A stretch of DNA of 64,000 nucleotides, from positions 356,383 through 420,382 of the forward strand of contig OZ245797.1 of NCBI GenBank assembly GCA_965228195.1, read 5' to 3'. The notes under the pieces were generated by a model. It did not search any database and was not told the origin of the DNA. It saw only the letters and a list, made by a program, of their open reading frames with translations. The translations under genes and the position numbers were made by a program. This document shows positions 52,505-62,824 of this stretch, piece after piece (position 1 is the first letter of the stretch; the number at the start of each line of letters is the position of its first letter). Source of the DNA: Candidatus Cloacimonadales bacterium. GTDB lineage: Bacteria; Cloacimonadota; Cloacimonadia; G963667145.

Positions 52505-53385
52505 TTTCTGCTAATCCTGCGCTTAAAAAACTTCATCAGCTCTTTGATGTAAGACTCACCGGTGTGCATGGTCAACAAATCGACCTTTATCTTCTTAAAA
52601 GTTTGCTCGATCAACTGGTCTTGCTCTGCCACCTTGCGGGCAAATTCGGCTCGCTTCTTCTTGGATAAACTGTTCACCGTAAAGCGATCTCCCGTCTCGG
52701 GATCGACAAGCTCCAAAATACCCGCCTTGGGCAAGATCGTCTCTGCGGGGTCTAACACCCGCAAGGCTACCACATCGTGCTTTTGGGAGAGCACTGCCAA
52801 AGATTTGGTGTAATCTTTGTCCAAGAAATCGGAGATAATAAACACCACGCTTCTTTTCTTGGTGACTTGCATCAAATACTTGATCGCCGCGCCGATGTCG
52901 GTCTTCTTTTGGCGAGGCGAAAATTGCAAGATCTCGCTCAAGATGCGCAAGATAGTTTTGCGTCCTTTCTTGGCAGGAACATACTTTTCCACCTCTTGGC
53001 AAAAAAGCATCAACCCCACTTTATCGTTGTTGGACAAGGCAGAAAAAGCCAAAACAGCGGTCAACTCGGCGATGTATTCGGACTTGAGGTTAGAGGTGGT
53101 TCCAAACAAGGTGGAAGCCGAGCCGTCCACCAAGAAGATGATGTTTAACTCTCTGGTCTCCTCAAACTTCTTGATGTAAGGGTAGTCCATCCGCGCCGAG
53201 ACGTTCCAGTCGATCTGACGAAAACTGTCGCCATCTTGATACTGCCGCACCTCGCTAAACTCCAAACCTTGACCCTTGAAGATGCTGTGATACTCACCCG
53301 AAAAAAGGTCGGAGACGATATCTTTGGTCGATATCTCGATTTTACGAATCTTCTTTAAAATATCTTTAGTTTTCATGATTTTCAA
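52501..53385 (-). CDS. DUF58 domain protein
   Basis: YHSIFKGQGLEFSEVRQYQDGDSFRQIDWNVSARMDYPYIKKFEE is the DUF58 signature. Confidence 0.75.
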   Translation of the reverse strand: MKIMKTKDILKKIRKIEISTKDIVSDLFSGEYHSIFKGQGLEFSEVRQYQDGDSFRQIDWNVSARMDYPYIKKFEETRELNIIFLVDGSASTLFGTTSNLKSEYIAELTAVLAFSALSNNDKVGLMLFCQEVEKYVPAKKGRKTILRILSEILQFSPRQKKTDIGAAIKYLMQVTKKRSVVFIISDFLDKDYTKSLAVLSQKHDVVALRVLDPAETILPKAGILELVDPETGDRFTVNSLSKKKRAEFARKVAEQDQLIEQTFKKIKVDLLTMHTGESYIKELMKFFKRRISRK

Positions 53386-53423
53386 AACTATCGATTAGAT
53401 AATTTTTGCCAAAATAGTTCCTT

Positions 53424-54422
53424 TTAGGGGACGCGAATCTCACCGAAGATTCTGGTGATGATATCCTCCACCGTCACTTGCTCGGCTTCTGCCTCATAAG
53501 ACAAGATCAAGCGATGCCGCAAAACATCTTTGCCGATAGCTTTCACATCGTCGGGAGTCACAAATCCTCGCCCAGACAAGAAAGCGTGCGCTCTAGCAGC
53601 CAAGGCTAAGTTAATCGTCGCCCTAGGGGAAGCTCCACAGTCGATCAGATCTTGCAAATCTTTCAGGTTGCGGTAATTTTCCGGTTCCCTGGTGGCAAAA
53701 ACCAAATCGACGATGTAATCTTTGACTTTTTGTTCGATATATATTTGCCCAACCAACTCTTTCATCTGGAGCAAATCTTGCGGCGAGAGCATCGGCTCCA
53801 CATCCAAAAGCTCTTGACCGATCATTCTATCCAAAACCAGCTTCTCTTGATCTCTGGTGGGATACTCAACTTTGAGTTTGAGCATAAACCTGTCCATCTG
53901 CGCCTCGGGCAAAGGATAAGTTCCTTCTTGATCCAGAGGGTTTTGGGTAGCCATCACCAAGAAAGGAGCCTCCAGCTTGTAGGTGCTATCACCGATGGTC
54001 ACCTGCTTTTCTTGCATCGCCTCCAGCAAAGCTGCCTGCACCTTGGCAGGGGCTCTGTTGATTTCGTCGGCAAGAACGAAGTTGGCAAAGATTGGACCTA
54101 GCTTGGGATTAAACTCACCGGTTTTTTGGTTGTAGATCATCGTTCCCACGATATCCGCCGGCAACAGATCGGGCGTAAACTGAACCCTAGAAAAAGAGGC
54201 TTTGATAGCTTTGGCAGTGGTGCTGATAGACAAAGTTTTGGCAAGACCAGGAACGCCTTCCAAGAGAATATGTCCCCCGGTGAGTAGACCAATAAAGATC
54301 CGCTTGAGCATATAATCTTGCCCAACTATCACTTTTTTGATCTCTTGCTCGAGGTTGTTTATCTTCACCGAGTTCTCGGCAATAACTCTATTTAACTCTT
54401 CAATCGTCATAATTCCTCCCAC
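53424..54422 (-). CDS. moxR: MoxR-family AAA+ ATPase
   Basis: Walker A GVPGLAKT and Walker B LADEINRA, with MoxR-type length (332 aa). Confidence 0.9.
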   Translation of the reverse strand: MGGIMTIEELNRVIAENSVKINNLEQEIKKVIVGQDYMLKRIFIGLLTGGHILLEGVPGLAKTLSISTTAKAIKASFSRVQFTPDLLPADIVGTMIYNQKTGEFNPKLGPIFANFVLADEINRAPAKVQAALLEAMQEKQVTIGDSTYKLEAPFLVMATQNPLDQEGTYPLPEAQMDRFMLKLKVEYPTRDQEKLVLDRMIGQELLDVEPMLSPQDLLQMKELVGQIYIEQKVKDYIVDLVFATREPENYRNLKDLQDLIDCGASPRATINLALAARAHAFLSGRGFVTPDDVKAIGKDVLRHRLILSYEAEAEQVTVEDIITRIFGEIRVP

Positions 54423-54533
54423 AAATTCAAACTTTTGTTAAATTATAAGTTTCAAGTCAAATCGGTCTTAAAAAAAAAGCACTTATTCGCAAATTTTAAA
54501 AAATCTAACAAATAAATGCTCAGCAAAAAAAAA

Positions 54534-54609
54534 TGGCATCCCGTAGGGGAATTGAACCCCTGTTGCCAGGATGAAAACCTGGAGTCCTGGGCCACTAGAC
54601 GAACGGGAC
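54534..54609 (-). tRNA. tRNA-Glu (anticodon TTC)
   Basis: Reverse complement GTCCCGTTCGTCTAGTGGCCCAGGACTCCAGGTTTTCATCCTGGCAACAGGGGTTCAATTCCCCTACGGGATGCCA. Confidence 0.9.
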
Positions 54610-54625
54610 CCTTTCTTTAAAAAAA

Positions 54626-54700
54626 TGGTGAGCGTAGATGGATTTGAACCATCGACTCTCTGCTTAAAAGGCAGATACTCTACCGCTGAGTTATACGCCC
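54626..54700 (-). tRNA. tRNA-Lys (anticodon TTT)
   Basis: Reverse complement GGGCGTATAACTCAGCGGTAGAGTATCTGCCTTTTAAGCAGAGAGTCGATGGTTCAAATCCATCTACGCTCACCA. Confidence 0.9.
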
Positions 54701-54762
54701 ACTTACCTTAATCAATTCTGGACTCTTTTTAAAAGTTGCCTCTGGTGTGTCAACTCCTAACT

Positions 54763-57258
54763 TTAACTTTTTGAAAATCTCCTCTTAACCACGCTCTTTA
54801 CAACAACAAACAAAAACAAAAGCGACCAAACGATCTTGAACCCTTGGGAGACCATCTTGGTCCATTGCATACTGTAAGGAGCAAACTCGAAGCGCAGGCT
54901 ATGCTCTCCTGCCGGCACGAAAACAGAAGAGAGGACATGGTTGGTCTTATATATAGCCACCAGTTCATCGTCCAGATAAGCGTGCCAACCATCGGGGTAG
55001 TAGACGCTGCTGACCACAAACAGGCCATCTTTCTGGTTTTGCAAACGAAACTTGATGTTATGAGGATCGAACGCCAAAAGCTCAACCTTCTCATCGTCCG
55101 GTTTTTGGACATTTTTTTGAGGCTCCTCTTCCAGAAGGGCAGTTCTTTGCACCGAAAACTTTTCGCTTTTGAGCAAGTCAAACCTCTGCTTTTTGGTGGT
55201 GACCACCTTGTAGTCACGAACAAACCAACCTTTGGGCATAGCCTCTTTGTTCAAGTAAACATTGTATTTAGAGCCGGTGAAAACAAGTTTGAGGTCTGCA
55301 AAAGGTCTTTGGTCTGGCAAAACGGCAGAGGTCAAAAAATATTTTGCCGAGAGCATATTGCTGATGTTGCGAGCCAAGCCACCATTAACAACACCATTAT
55401 CGACTAAATCTTGGTAGATGCGGAGCTTGGCTGCCGAATACCCTCCGATAGATTGAAAGACACTCGAATACTTTTTGGAAGCCCAAAAATCGCTCATCAC
55501 CGGATAAACGCGATAAGGGCTAAAGATCTCACCCTCTTTCTTTTGGGCTACGATGAACTTCTCGGCAGGGCTAAGCTGGAAAACCTTTTTGGTAACCTCG
55601 TTTCCTTTTTGCAAATTGGTGTAACTGCCGGCAGATTTTTTGAACAAAAACCTGTTTTGAATCTGGTAAAAGTCGATCAACATCAAGCCTGAGATCAAGA
55701 CAAAAAAGAAAAGTTTTCGCTTGAACCACCTTTTCAAATAGGCGAACACCAAACCAAAAGCTAGTAGCAAATAGACCAAATAGCGCAAGGTGTCGGAGAT
55801 GAGCATCTCTTGGCGGATGGTTTTGATTATCAACATCGATTGGGCGTCGTAACGGTCTGAGAGGGAAGAGTAAGAAAACTGACCCGAAAAAGCCAACACC
55901 AGCAATCCTATACCTAAAAAGATGCCGAAGTTTATCAAAACCACCTTGAAAAGGTTCTCTTTTTTGTTATGCAAAATATCGTTAATCCCATAGCCAGCCA
56001 ACACGGCAACGATAAACTCCACCAAGATCAAGATCATGGAGGGAACCCTGAACTTATTGAACCCTGGGGCGAAGTTGAAAAAGAGGTCGTAAACTAGGGA
56101 AAAGTGCCTACCAAAAGAGAGGAACACTGCCAAAACTGCCAAAAACACCAAACTTTTCACCATATTATTGCGCAGATTCAAACCTATGCCGACAAAAGCC
56201 AAGAAAAGAAGGATGACTCCCGCATAATCTGTGCCTTGATTAAAAGGCATATCACCCCAATAACCAGGAATATCACGCCCGGCAAGGTGCGGATATTGGG
56301 GATTGTTAACATCGTATCTTTCCCCGCTGGCTCCTCCCCTGGCTCTGGGGATAGCAAGAGTCAAAAGCTCTTGAGGAGAAAAGCTCCAAGAGGTTGCATA
56401 AGATTTGCTCAGACCGATTCTACCATTTTCGGTTTTAGCTCCTCTGATGGTGTGCTTAGAGTACTCCTGAGTAAGTAACATCGGTTCAAAAGCTACTCCA
56501 ACCACGATGATGGTCGCCATCAGCAAAAATAGACCGCTTTTGAGAAGATGTTTAGTTTTTTTGCGATACTCGATCAACTTAGCCAGCGTCACCACCCCGA
56601 TCAACATCGCCGTGTAGTAGATTATTTGATAGTGATTACTTTGAATCTGCCAAACTTGGAAAAAAGAGAAAAAAACTAAGTTTTGCCAATTCGGTTTATC
56701 GAATAACCTTAAAAAAAACAGTAAACAGACCGGAATAAGCAAAACCCCAAAAAACTTCCATATATGCCCGATAGCAAACAACACACCCCAGTGAGGGATT
56801 AAGGAAAAGCCCAAAGCAGCGAAGAAACAAGCCATTCTGCCAACTCGAAAGTGGCGAAGCAAGAAAAACATCCCCAACACACCCACCAGCAAATAAACCC
56901 CGCCATAACCGACCACTTTGTCCAGTTTCACATAAGAGGCAACAGCGTTGGCTCTGGGATGACTAGAGGTGAAAGCGTAATTGGGCTCACCAGAGAACAT
57001 CGTCAAGTTGTTGAAAGCCCTTTTCCCCGTGGCTTTACTCCACTGGCTATTCAAGTTCTCACTAGAAGAGATCGAGTCGTAACCGGCTGTCCTGTAGCCG
57101 GCAAAGGTGATCGGGTTGAAGATGATGAGCACCAACAAAGAGAGCAGCACTGGATAGAGCCAAGCTTGGTGCTTTTTGAAGAGGTTGTCTTGAGTGGCTG
57201 CCACAACTTTTTTCGGTTTACTACTTATCGCTTTCTGATTTTTTTTCTTTTTACTCAC
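54763..57258 (-). CDS. YfhO-family large polytopic membrane protein (putative glycosyl/lipid transferase)
   Basis: 831 aa, more than 14 TM helices plus a C-terminal extracytoplasmic beta-rich domain. Architecture matches 'bacterial membrane protein YfhO'. Confidence 0.6.
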   Translation of the reverse strand: MSKKKKNQKAISSKPKKVVAATQDNLFKKHQAWLYPVLLSLLVLIIFNPITFAGYRTAGYDSISSSENLNSQWSKATGKRAFNNLTMFSGEPNYAFTSSHPRANAVASYVKLDKVVGYGGVYLLVGVLGMFFLLRHFRVGRMACFFAALGFSLIPHWGVLFAIGHIWKFFGVLLIPVCLLFFLRLFDKPNWQNLVFFSFFQVWQIQSNHYQIIYYTAMLIGVVTLAKLIEYRKKTKHLLKSGLFLLMATIIVVGVAFEPMLLTQEYSKHTIRGAKTENGRIGLSKSYATSWSFSPQELLTLAIPRARGGASGERYDVNNPQYPHLAGRDIPGYWGDMPFNQGTDYAGVILLFLAFVGIGLNLRNNMVKSLVFLAVLAVFLSFGRHFSLVYDLFFNFAPGFNKFRVPSMILILVEFIVAVLAGYGINDILHNKKENLFKVVLINFGIFLGIGLLVLAFSGQFSYSSLSDRYDAQSMLIIKTIRQEMLISDTLRYLVYLLLAFGLVFAYLKRWFKRKLFFFVLISGLMLIDFYQIQNRFLFKKSAGSYTNLQKGNEVTKKVFQLSPAEKFIVAQKKEGEIFSPYRVYPVMSDFWASKKYSSVFQSIGGYSAAKLRIYQDLVDNGVVNGGLARNISNMLSAKYFLTSAVLPDQRPFADLKLVFTGSKYNVYLNKEAMPKGWFVRDYKVVTTKKQRFDLLKSEKFSVQRTALLEEEPQKNVQKPDDEKVELLAFDPHNIKFRLQNQKDGLFVVSSVYYPDGWHAYLDDELVAIYKTNHVLSSVFVPAGEHSLRFEFAPYSMQWTKMVSQGFKIVWSLLFLFVVVKSVVKRRFSKS

Positions 57259-57281
57259 GCTTGTCCTTCCTTTTAACTGAT

Positions 57282-57971
57282 CTACTGGTAATCTCGTCTG
57301 CCGAAGATCGAGCTACCCACACGAAGCATGTTGGCGCCGCACTCCAAGGCGAGCTGATAATCTCCGCTCATCCCCATGGAGAGCCACTTCATTTGTGCCG
57401 TTTTGATAGCTTGGCACTCCTGAAAAATCTCTTTGAGCAAGAGGAAACACCTCTTGGTAGCCAACGGCTCTGGACTCAAAGAGCCGATTGTCATCAGCCC
57501 TTGAACCTCAAGGTTGGGTAGCTTTGATATTTTTTCCACCAGCCCAAAAGCTTCTTGCTTATCCGCTCCCGACTTGGAAGATTCGTCCGAGGTGTTGACC
57601 TGCACCAAAACCTTTTGCTTCTTCCCCATATTTTGCAAAGCTGCATCTAACTTTTCGGCGGTGGAGAGCTTATCTAACGAGTGGATAAGGGTCGGCTGGA
57701 GCTTGAGCAACTTATTGATCTTGTTGCTTTGCAGATGCCCGATGAAGTGAAACTCTTGGTAAGCTTGTTGCAAACAAGGGAGCTTGCCTTGAGCCTCTTG
57801 CACCTTGTTCTCTCCGATGTATTCGGCTCCTGCGGCGATTGCCTGATCCACTTTTTCGGCTGGGTGCGTCTTGGTAACCACAATCAACTTGACCTCTCGG
57901 CTAGGGTCTCCTATCTTTTGCAAGGTAGCGGCTATCCTCTTTTTGACCTCTTGTAAGTTTTGACTTATCAT
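57282..57971 (-). CDS. yggS: YggS-family PLP homeostasis protein (PLPBP)
   Basis: ...KLIVVTKTHPAEKVDQAIAAGAEYIGENKVQEA...HFIGHLQSNK... is the alanine-racemase-N-like YggS signature. Confidence 0.85.
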   Translation of the reverse strand: MISQNLQEVKKRIAATLQKIGDPSREVKLIVVTKTHPAEKVDQAIAAGAEYIGENKVQEAQGKLPCLQQAYQEFHFIGHLQSNKINKLLKLQPTLIHSLDKLSTAEKLDAALQNMGKKQKVLVQVNTSDESSKSGADKQEAFGLVEKISKLPNLEVQGLMTIGSLSPEPLATKRCFLLLKEIFQECQAIKTAQMKWLSMGMSGDYQLALECGANMLRVGSSIFGRRDYQ

Positions 57972-58291
57972 AAATCTTCCAAATCTTCCAGATCGTCCAA
58001 AAAATCTTCGTCGTCATCATCTTCGTCTTCGTCGTCCAAACCTTCGTTGGTGATCCAATCGGGACAAAAGAAGATAGGGTCACGATAGTCGTAGCCCGAG
58101 ATGTTCTCCAACCCCAACCGCTCCAAGATCTCCTCTTCCCAAACCGTGTAATAGACATAGTCGCCTTCGGTTTTGTAACTCAAGATCGGCTTGTTGAACC
58201 GCTCAAAATCTATCTTTCTCTCCAAAAGTTGCAAAAACTGTTTTATCCTCTCTTTATCGTATTCAAACAAAAAATCACTCATAATATGCAC
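57968..58291 (-). CDS. hypothetical protein with highly acidic C-terminus
   Basis: 107 aa, ends DDEDEDDDDEDFLDDLEDLEDL. Overlaps both neighbours, so probably expressed in the operon. Confidence 0.4.
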   Translation of the reverse strand: MHIMSDFLFEYDKERIKQFLQLLERKIDFERFNKPILSYKTEGDYVYYTVWEEEILERLGLENISGYDYRDPIFFCPDWITNEGLDDEDEDDDDEDFLDDLEDLEDL

Positions 58292-58770
58292 CCCCCTCGA
58301 GCATCAATACCGACCCAAAGAGGCATTTTGTCAACCAATAGTTTTCGTATCGCCTCTGTGCCCAGCTCTGGATACGCCAGTAGTTCTTGCCTAACAATGG
58401 ATTGGGCGTATAGCACCCCGCAACCTCCCAAAGCCAAAGCGTAGACCGATGCGTTTTTTTGCAAAGATTTTTGCACCCGCTTATCTCGGGGACCTTTGCC
58501 GATTAGTAGCCTTACCCCTTTGTCTAGAAGCGCTGGGGTAAACTTGTCCATTCGGGCAGAGGTGGTGGGACCACAAGAGACTATCTTGTCGCCATTTAAG
58601 ATAGGACCCGCATAAAAGATAGCCGCGTCTTGCAGATCAAAAGGTAGCCGCTTCCCCTCTTGCAAAAGCTCCCAAAGACGCAAGTGAGCAGCGTCTCGTG
58701 CCAAGTAGATCGTCCCGGTGTAAGTGAAAAACTCCCCCGCCTTGAGGTTTTGCAGTTGGTCTATTTTCAT
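58279..58770 (-). CDS. class I fumarate hydratase / Fe-S hydro-lyase beta subunit (FumA C-terminal domain homologue)
   Basis: ...YAGPILNGDKIVSCGPTTSARMD...ALGGCG... matches the tartrate/fumarate hydro-lyase beta subunit. Confidence 0.8.
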   Translation of the reverse strand: MKIDQLQNLKAGEFFTYTGTIYLARDAAHLRLWELLQEGKRLPFDLQDAAIFYAGPILNGDKIVSCGPTTSARMDKFTPALLDKGVRLLIGKGPRDKRVQKSLQKNASVYALALGGCGVLYAQSIVRQELLAYPELGTEAIRKLLVDKMPLWVGIDARGGCIL

Positions 58771-59588
58771 AAGGTTAACTCCAAGTGTCTATTCACATAA
58801 CAGCCCAAGTTCACGGCAACAGGAAGGCTGGCTATATGACAAGGTGCGCTCAAGATCTTCACTGCCAAGGCAGTCGGCTGCTCTTCCAACCCTTGCGGCC
58901 CGATTTTTAGAGCCTGCACCTTTTGCAAGATCGACTCTTCCAGCAAGGCGTAATCTTGGCAAGGGTTCGGTTTTGGCAAAGGGCGAGCCAAAGCTTTTTT
59001 GGCTAAAAGGGCGACTTGCTCAAAGTTGCCGCCGATGCCGATGCCGATGATGTAGGGCGGACAAGCCGCCGCTCCTGCTCTTCTCACCCAATCTACCACA
59101 AAATCTTCGATCTCCAGAGCCGATGCGGTGGGGTCGAACATCTTCAGAGTGCTTTTGTTTTCGGCGCCGCCACCTTTTGCCAGTAGCGTAAATCGCAACC
59201 GATCGCCAGAACAGATGCTGGTGTGAACCACGGCAGGGGTGTTATCTTGGCTGTTGTCTCGATGAAAAAGCGGATCTTTGACGATAGATTTGCGCAAGCC
59301 CTGATAACCTGACCGCACGCCAGAGTTGATCGCTTCTTGGAAGTTGCCACCGACGATCTGGACATCTTGACCGAACTCCACAAAAACCACCACCGTCCCC
59401 GTGTCTTGACAAATGGGCAACCTCTTTTCTTTGGCTAGGTTAATGTTTTTTACCATCATTGCCACCACACCTTGGCTTTTCTGGTAGCTTTGCAAGGCGT
59501 CCAAAATATCGGAGTCCAAGTCGGTTGCCATCTGCTGGCAAGCTTCGCCTATCGCCTTTGTTATCTGTTTGCAATCTATCTGTCTCAT
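58767..59588 (-). CDS. class I fumarate hydratase / Fe-S hydro-lyase alpha subunit (FumA N-terminal domain homologue)
   Basis: ...LPICQDTGTVVVFVEFGQDVQI... and the Cys ligands are conserved. Confidence 0.8.
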   Translation of the reverse strand: MRQIDCKQITKAIGEACQQMATDLDSDILDALQSYQKSQGVVAMMVKNINLAKEKRLPICQDTGTVVVFVEFGQDVQIVGGNFQEAINSGVRSGYQGLRKSIVKDPLFHRDNSQDNTPAVVHTSICSGDRLRFTLLAKGGGAENKSTLKMFDPTASALEIEDFVVDWVRRAGAAACPPYIIGIGIGGNFEQVALLAKKALARPLPKPNPCQDYALLEESILQKVQALKIGPQGLEEQPTALAVKILSAPCHIASLPVAVNLGCYVNRHLELTL

Positions 59589-59614
59589 TTACAACCACCT
59601 TTTCTCTTTTCTGA

Positions 59615-60658
59615 TCAACCTAACTCCCCGCCGCCAACAAGCAAGTTACCCCGATAAAAAACTGCCGACTGCCCTGGGGCGATGGTTTTCATCGGTTTTT
59701 GGGTCTGCACCAGATAACCTTTGCCCTTGGCTACCACCTTCTGTACCGGCACGGGCATGCTGTGATAACAGGTTTGCACCACCAACCCTTGCCCAGAAAA
59801 AAACTTTTCCTCCAATAGATTCACCTTCTTGATGTAAAAAAGGAAGCTTTCCAAAAGCGACTTGTCTTCTACCACCGTGATGGAGTTACACTTGGCGTTT
59901 TTGGACTTCACATACAAAGGCGTAGCGTAAGGTATCTCCAGCCCGCGGCGTTGCCCGATGGTGTAATACTCGATGCCTTTGTGTTCGCCGATTTTTTTGC
60001 CACCTAGTCGCACCGCACCGGCGTGCTGACCTATCAAACGCTGCAGCAGCTCCTTATAGTCGTTCTCGATGAAGCAAACGCCTTGACTCTCTTTGCCTGA
60101 CTCCACCAACCCCAGTTGTAAAGCGATAGATTTTATCTGCGACTTCTTCATCTCAGCCAAAGGAAAAAACATCTTGGAGAGCTGATTTTGTTGCAGACGC
60201 CAGAAGAAGTAGGTCTGATCTTTGGCGTCGTCTTGAGCCTTGTAGATATGGTAGCGACCCTCTTCTTGCACCACCTTGGCGTAGTGCCCGCTGGCAACCT
60301 TGGCAAACCCTTTTGCCGCTAACCTCTGCACAAACTCTCCCCATTTGATATAAAGGTTGCAATCCACACAAGGGTTTGGCGTGAGCCCCTGTCGATACTT
60401 CTGCAAGAAAGGTTGGATAACTTTTTGGTTAAACTCTGGGCGCAGGTCGATAACCTCAAAAGGTAAGCCCAGCTTCTGAGCCACCGCTCTAGATTTTTCG
60501 ATCGTCCCTTTGTTGCCACTGCCACCTTCGAAGCCAAGAGCGTCGTCATCAAAAAGTTGCATGGTGAAGCAGTGAACATCGTAACCTTGCTGGCGCAAGA
60601 AGTAGGCACAAACAGACGAGTCAATGCCTCCGGAGAGTGCCAAAGCGATTTTTTTCAT
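59615..60658 (-). CDS. mnmA: tRNA 2-thiouridine(34) synthase MnmA
   Basis: PP-loop SGGIDSS at the N-terminus and MnmA length and catalytic Cys pattern. Confidence 0.9.
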   Translation of the reverse strand: MKKIALALSGGIDSSVCAYFLRQQGYDVHCFTMQLFDDDALGFEGGSGNKGTIEKSRAVAQKLGLPFEVIDLRPEFNQKVIQPFLQKYRQGLTPNPCVDCNLYIKWGEFVQRLAAKGFAKVASGHYAKVVQEEGRYHIYKAQDDAKDQTYFFWRLQQNQLSKMFFPLAEMKKSQIKSIALQLGLVESGKESQGVCFIENDYKELLQRLIGQHAGAVRLGGKKIGEHKGIEYYTIGQRRGLEIPYATPLYVKSKNAKCNSITVVEDKSLLESFLFYIKKVNLLEEKFFSGQGLVVQTCYHSMPVPVQKVVAKGKGYLVQTQKPMKTIAPGQSAVFYRGNLLVGGGELG

Positions 60659-61380
60659 GGTGATAAGATCTCGATCGCTTTTTGCAAATCTGCGGGGGTG
60701 TCGATTCCCAAGATTTTATCTTTTATCTGTGCCATCTTTATCTTCACTCCGTTTTGCAAAAAACGCAGCTGCTCAAGGTTCTCGGCAATCTCTAGAGTAG
60801 ACTTTTGTGTTTGGACAAACTCCCCCAGAGCTTTCTTTGTGTAAGCGTAAAGACCGATGTGACCAAAATAGTCCACCTTGTTGCCATCACGATTGTAAGG
60901 GATGACACTGCGCGAGAAGTAGAGGGCGAAGTTGTTTTGGTCGCACACCACCTTGACGCAGTTGGGATCTAGCACATCTTGCTCGTTTTGCAACTGGGAC
61001 ATCGCCGAGGCAACCTGAATGCTCCCATCGTCGAACGAAGAGAGGACAGCCCACACCGCCTTTTTGGGCAAGAAAGGCTCGTCGCCTTGGATGTTACAGA
61101 CGATATCACACTCGGCGCTGCTCACCACCTCCCAAATTCTGTCGCTCCCGGTTCGATGATCAGGCAAGGTCATCGCCACGCTTCCACCAAAATCTTTCAC
61201 ACAAGCAAAAATCCGCTCATCGTCGGTAGCCACCACCACCTTGTCGAAAAGCCCGAAGCTGAGAGTGTTTTCATAAACTCTTTGGATCAGCGGTTTACCT
61301 GCCAAATCTGCCAAAGGTTTACCCGGAAGCCTGGTGGAGGCGTAGCGGGCAGGGATTACTGCCCAAAATTTTTTGCTCAT
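60655..61380 (-). CDS. kdsB: 3-deoxy-manno-octulosonate cytidylyltransferase (CMP-KDO synthetase)
   Basis: N-terminal VIPARYASTRLPGKPL. Confidence 0.9.
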   Translation of the reverse strand: MSKKFWAVIPARYASTRLPGKPLADLAGKPLIQRVYENTLSFGLFDKVVVATDDERIFACVKDFGGSVAMTLPDHRTGSDRIWEVVSSAECDIVCNIQGDEPFLPKKAVWAVLSSFDDGSIQVASAMSQLQNEQDVLDPNCVKVVCDQNNFALYFSRSVIPYNRDGNKVDYFGHIGLYAYTKKALGEFVQTQKSTLEIAENLEQLRFLQNGVKIKMAQIKDKILGIDTPADLQKAIEILSP

Positions 61381-62702
61381 CGCTCTATCTCCTTAATCAT
61401 CTCGCCTTTCAGCGTCCAGCCGGTCGCCTTGGTGATCTTCACCTGCACATAGCTACCGATCAAGCTTTTGTCACCGGGGAAGATAACCATCTTGAAATCT
61501 TCGGATTTGCCCGCTATCTCCTGCGCATCTTTCTTACTCACCTTCTCCACCAGCACATTTTTGACCTTCCCGATTTGCTCCTCATACTTCTGAGTGGTGA
61601 TTTTGTTCTGCTCCTGGATTATCTCTTGTAGCCGCTTCAACCGCTCTGGCTCGGGAACTTGTTCGGCAAAAGTAGCGGCTTTGGTTCCTTGGCGCGGCGA
61701 GTATTTGTAAAGAAAGGCGTAGTCGAAACGAATCTCTTTGAGCAAAGCGACCGTGTCCAGATATTGGCTATGTGTCTCGCCTGGAAAACCGACGATGATG
61801 TCGGTGGTGATAGCTATCTCAGGGATAGCCGCTCGCAGATCTTTGACCATCTGCAGGTATTGTCCGGCGGTGTATTTACGGTTCATCTTTCGCAAAATCT
61901 CGTCGTTGCCCGACTGCAAAGCCACATGCAGATGGGGACAAACCTTGGGCAGATCTCGCATCGTCTTGATCAGCTCTGCCGACATATCTTTGGGATGAGA
62001 GGTGACAAAGCGAATCCGACGCACCCCTTGACTCTGGTGCACCTCCCGCAGTAGCCCAGCGAAGTTCAAACCCTCAAAAAGATAAGAGTTAACATTTTGT
62101 CCCAGCAAGGTTATCTCGGAAAACCCTTGTTGGACAGCGGCACGCACATCTGCCAAGATCTGAGAAACGGAGCGAGACCGCTCCCGCCCACGCAAGTAAG
62201 GGACGATGCAGTAAGAACAGAAGTTGTCACAACCACGCATAACCGTCACGAAGGCGCTGACTCCCGACCCGCGAAAAGGGTAACAGAAGTCGTAAACCTC
62301 TTCAGAGTCGAAGTCGGCTCGCAGCAGTTTGCCACTCTCCCCCAACGATTGCACCACCTCGGGCAAGGTGCCGTATTGATCCACACCCACCACGAAATCG
62401 ACGCCGTTATCAAAAAGCTCGCCTTGCATCCTTTGTGCCATACAACCGATAACGCCCACGAAAAATCTTTCTTTTTGCTTCTTGTAAGCCAGCACACTGG
62501 CAATTCTACCCAGCACCCTTTGCTCGGCGTGTTCTCGCACACTACAAGTGTTAAAAATCACCAACTCTGCCTGATCAAAATCTTGCACCTGCTTATGCCC
62601 CGCTTTTTGCAAGATCCCCACCACCAACTCACTATCGGCGATGTTCATCTGACATCCATAACTCTCTATCTTAAAATTCATCTTGTTTATTAGCTCTCCC
62701 AC
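61377..62702 (-). CDS. miaB: tRNA-2-methylthio-N6-dimethylallyladenosine synthase MiaB
   Basis: MTTase N-domain (SYGCQMN), radical-SAM CDNFCSYC, and a TRAM domain. Confidence 0.9.
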   Translation of the reverse strand: MGELINKMNFKIESYGCQMNIADSELVVGILQKAGHKQVQDFDQAELVIFNTCSVREHAEQRVLGRIASVLAYKKQKERFFVGVIGCMAQRMQGELFDNGVDFVVGVDQYGTLPEVVQSLGESGKLLRADFDSEEVYDFCYPFRGSGVSAFVTVMRGCDNFCSYCIVPYLRGRERSRSVSQILADVRAAVQQGFSEITLLGQNVNSYLFEGLNFAGLLREVHQSQGVRRIRFVTSHPKDMSAELIKTMRDLPKVCPHLHVALQSGNDEILRKMNRKYTAGQYLQMVKDLRAAIPEIAITTDIIVGFPGETHSQYLDTVALLKEIRFDYAFLYKYSPRQGTKAATFAEQVPEPERLKRLQEIIQEQNKITTQKYEEQIGKVKNVLVEKVSKKDAQEIAGKSEDFKMVIFPGDKSLIGSYVQVKITKATGWTLKGEMIKEIER

Positions 62703-62824
62703 TTTTTTTTAACAATGAGCAAAAGAGGAGAAATTTGGTCAAGCGTGTTCAGAAACTTTATAAAAAAAGGCTCCTCAAAAATATTGAAGAGCCTCTTAAA
62801 TAAGAAAAAGATTACTTGGCTGGA

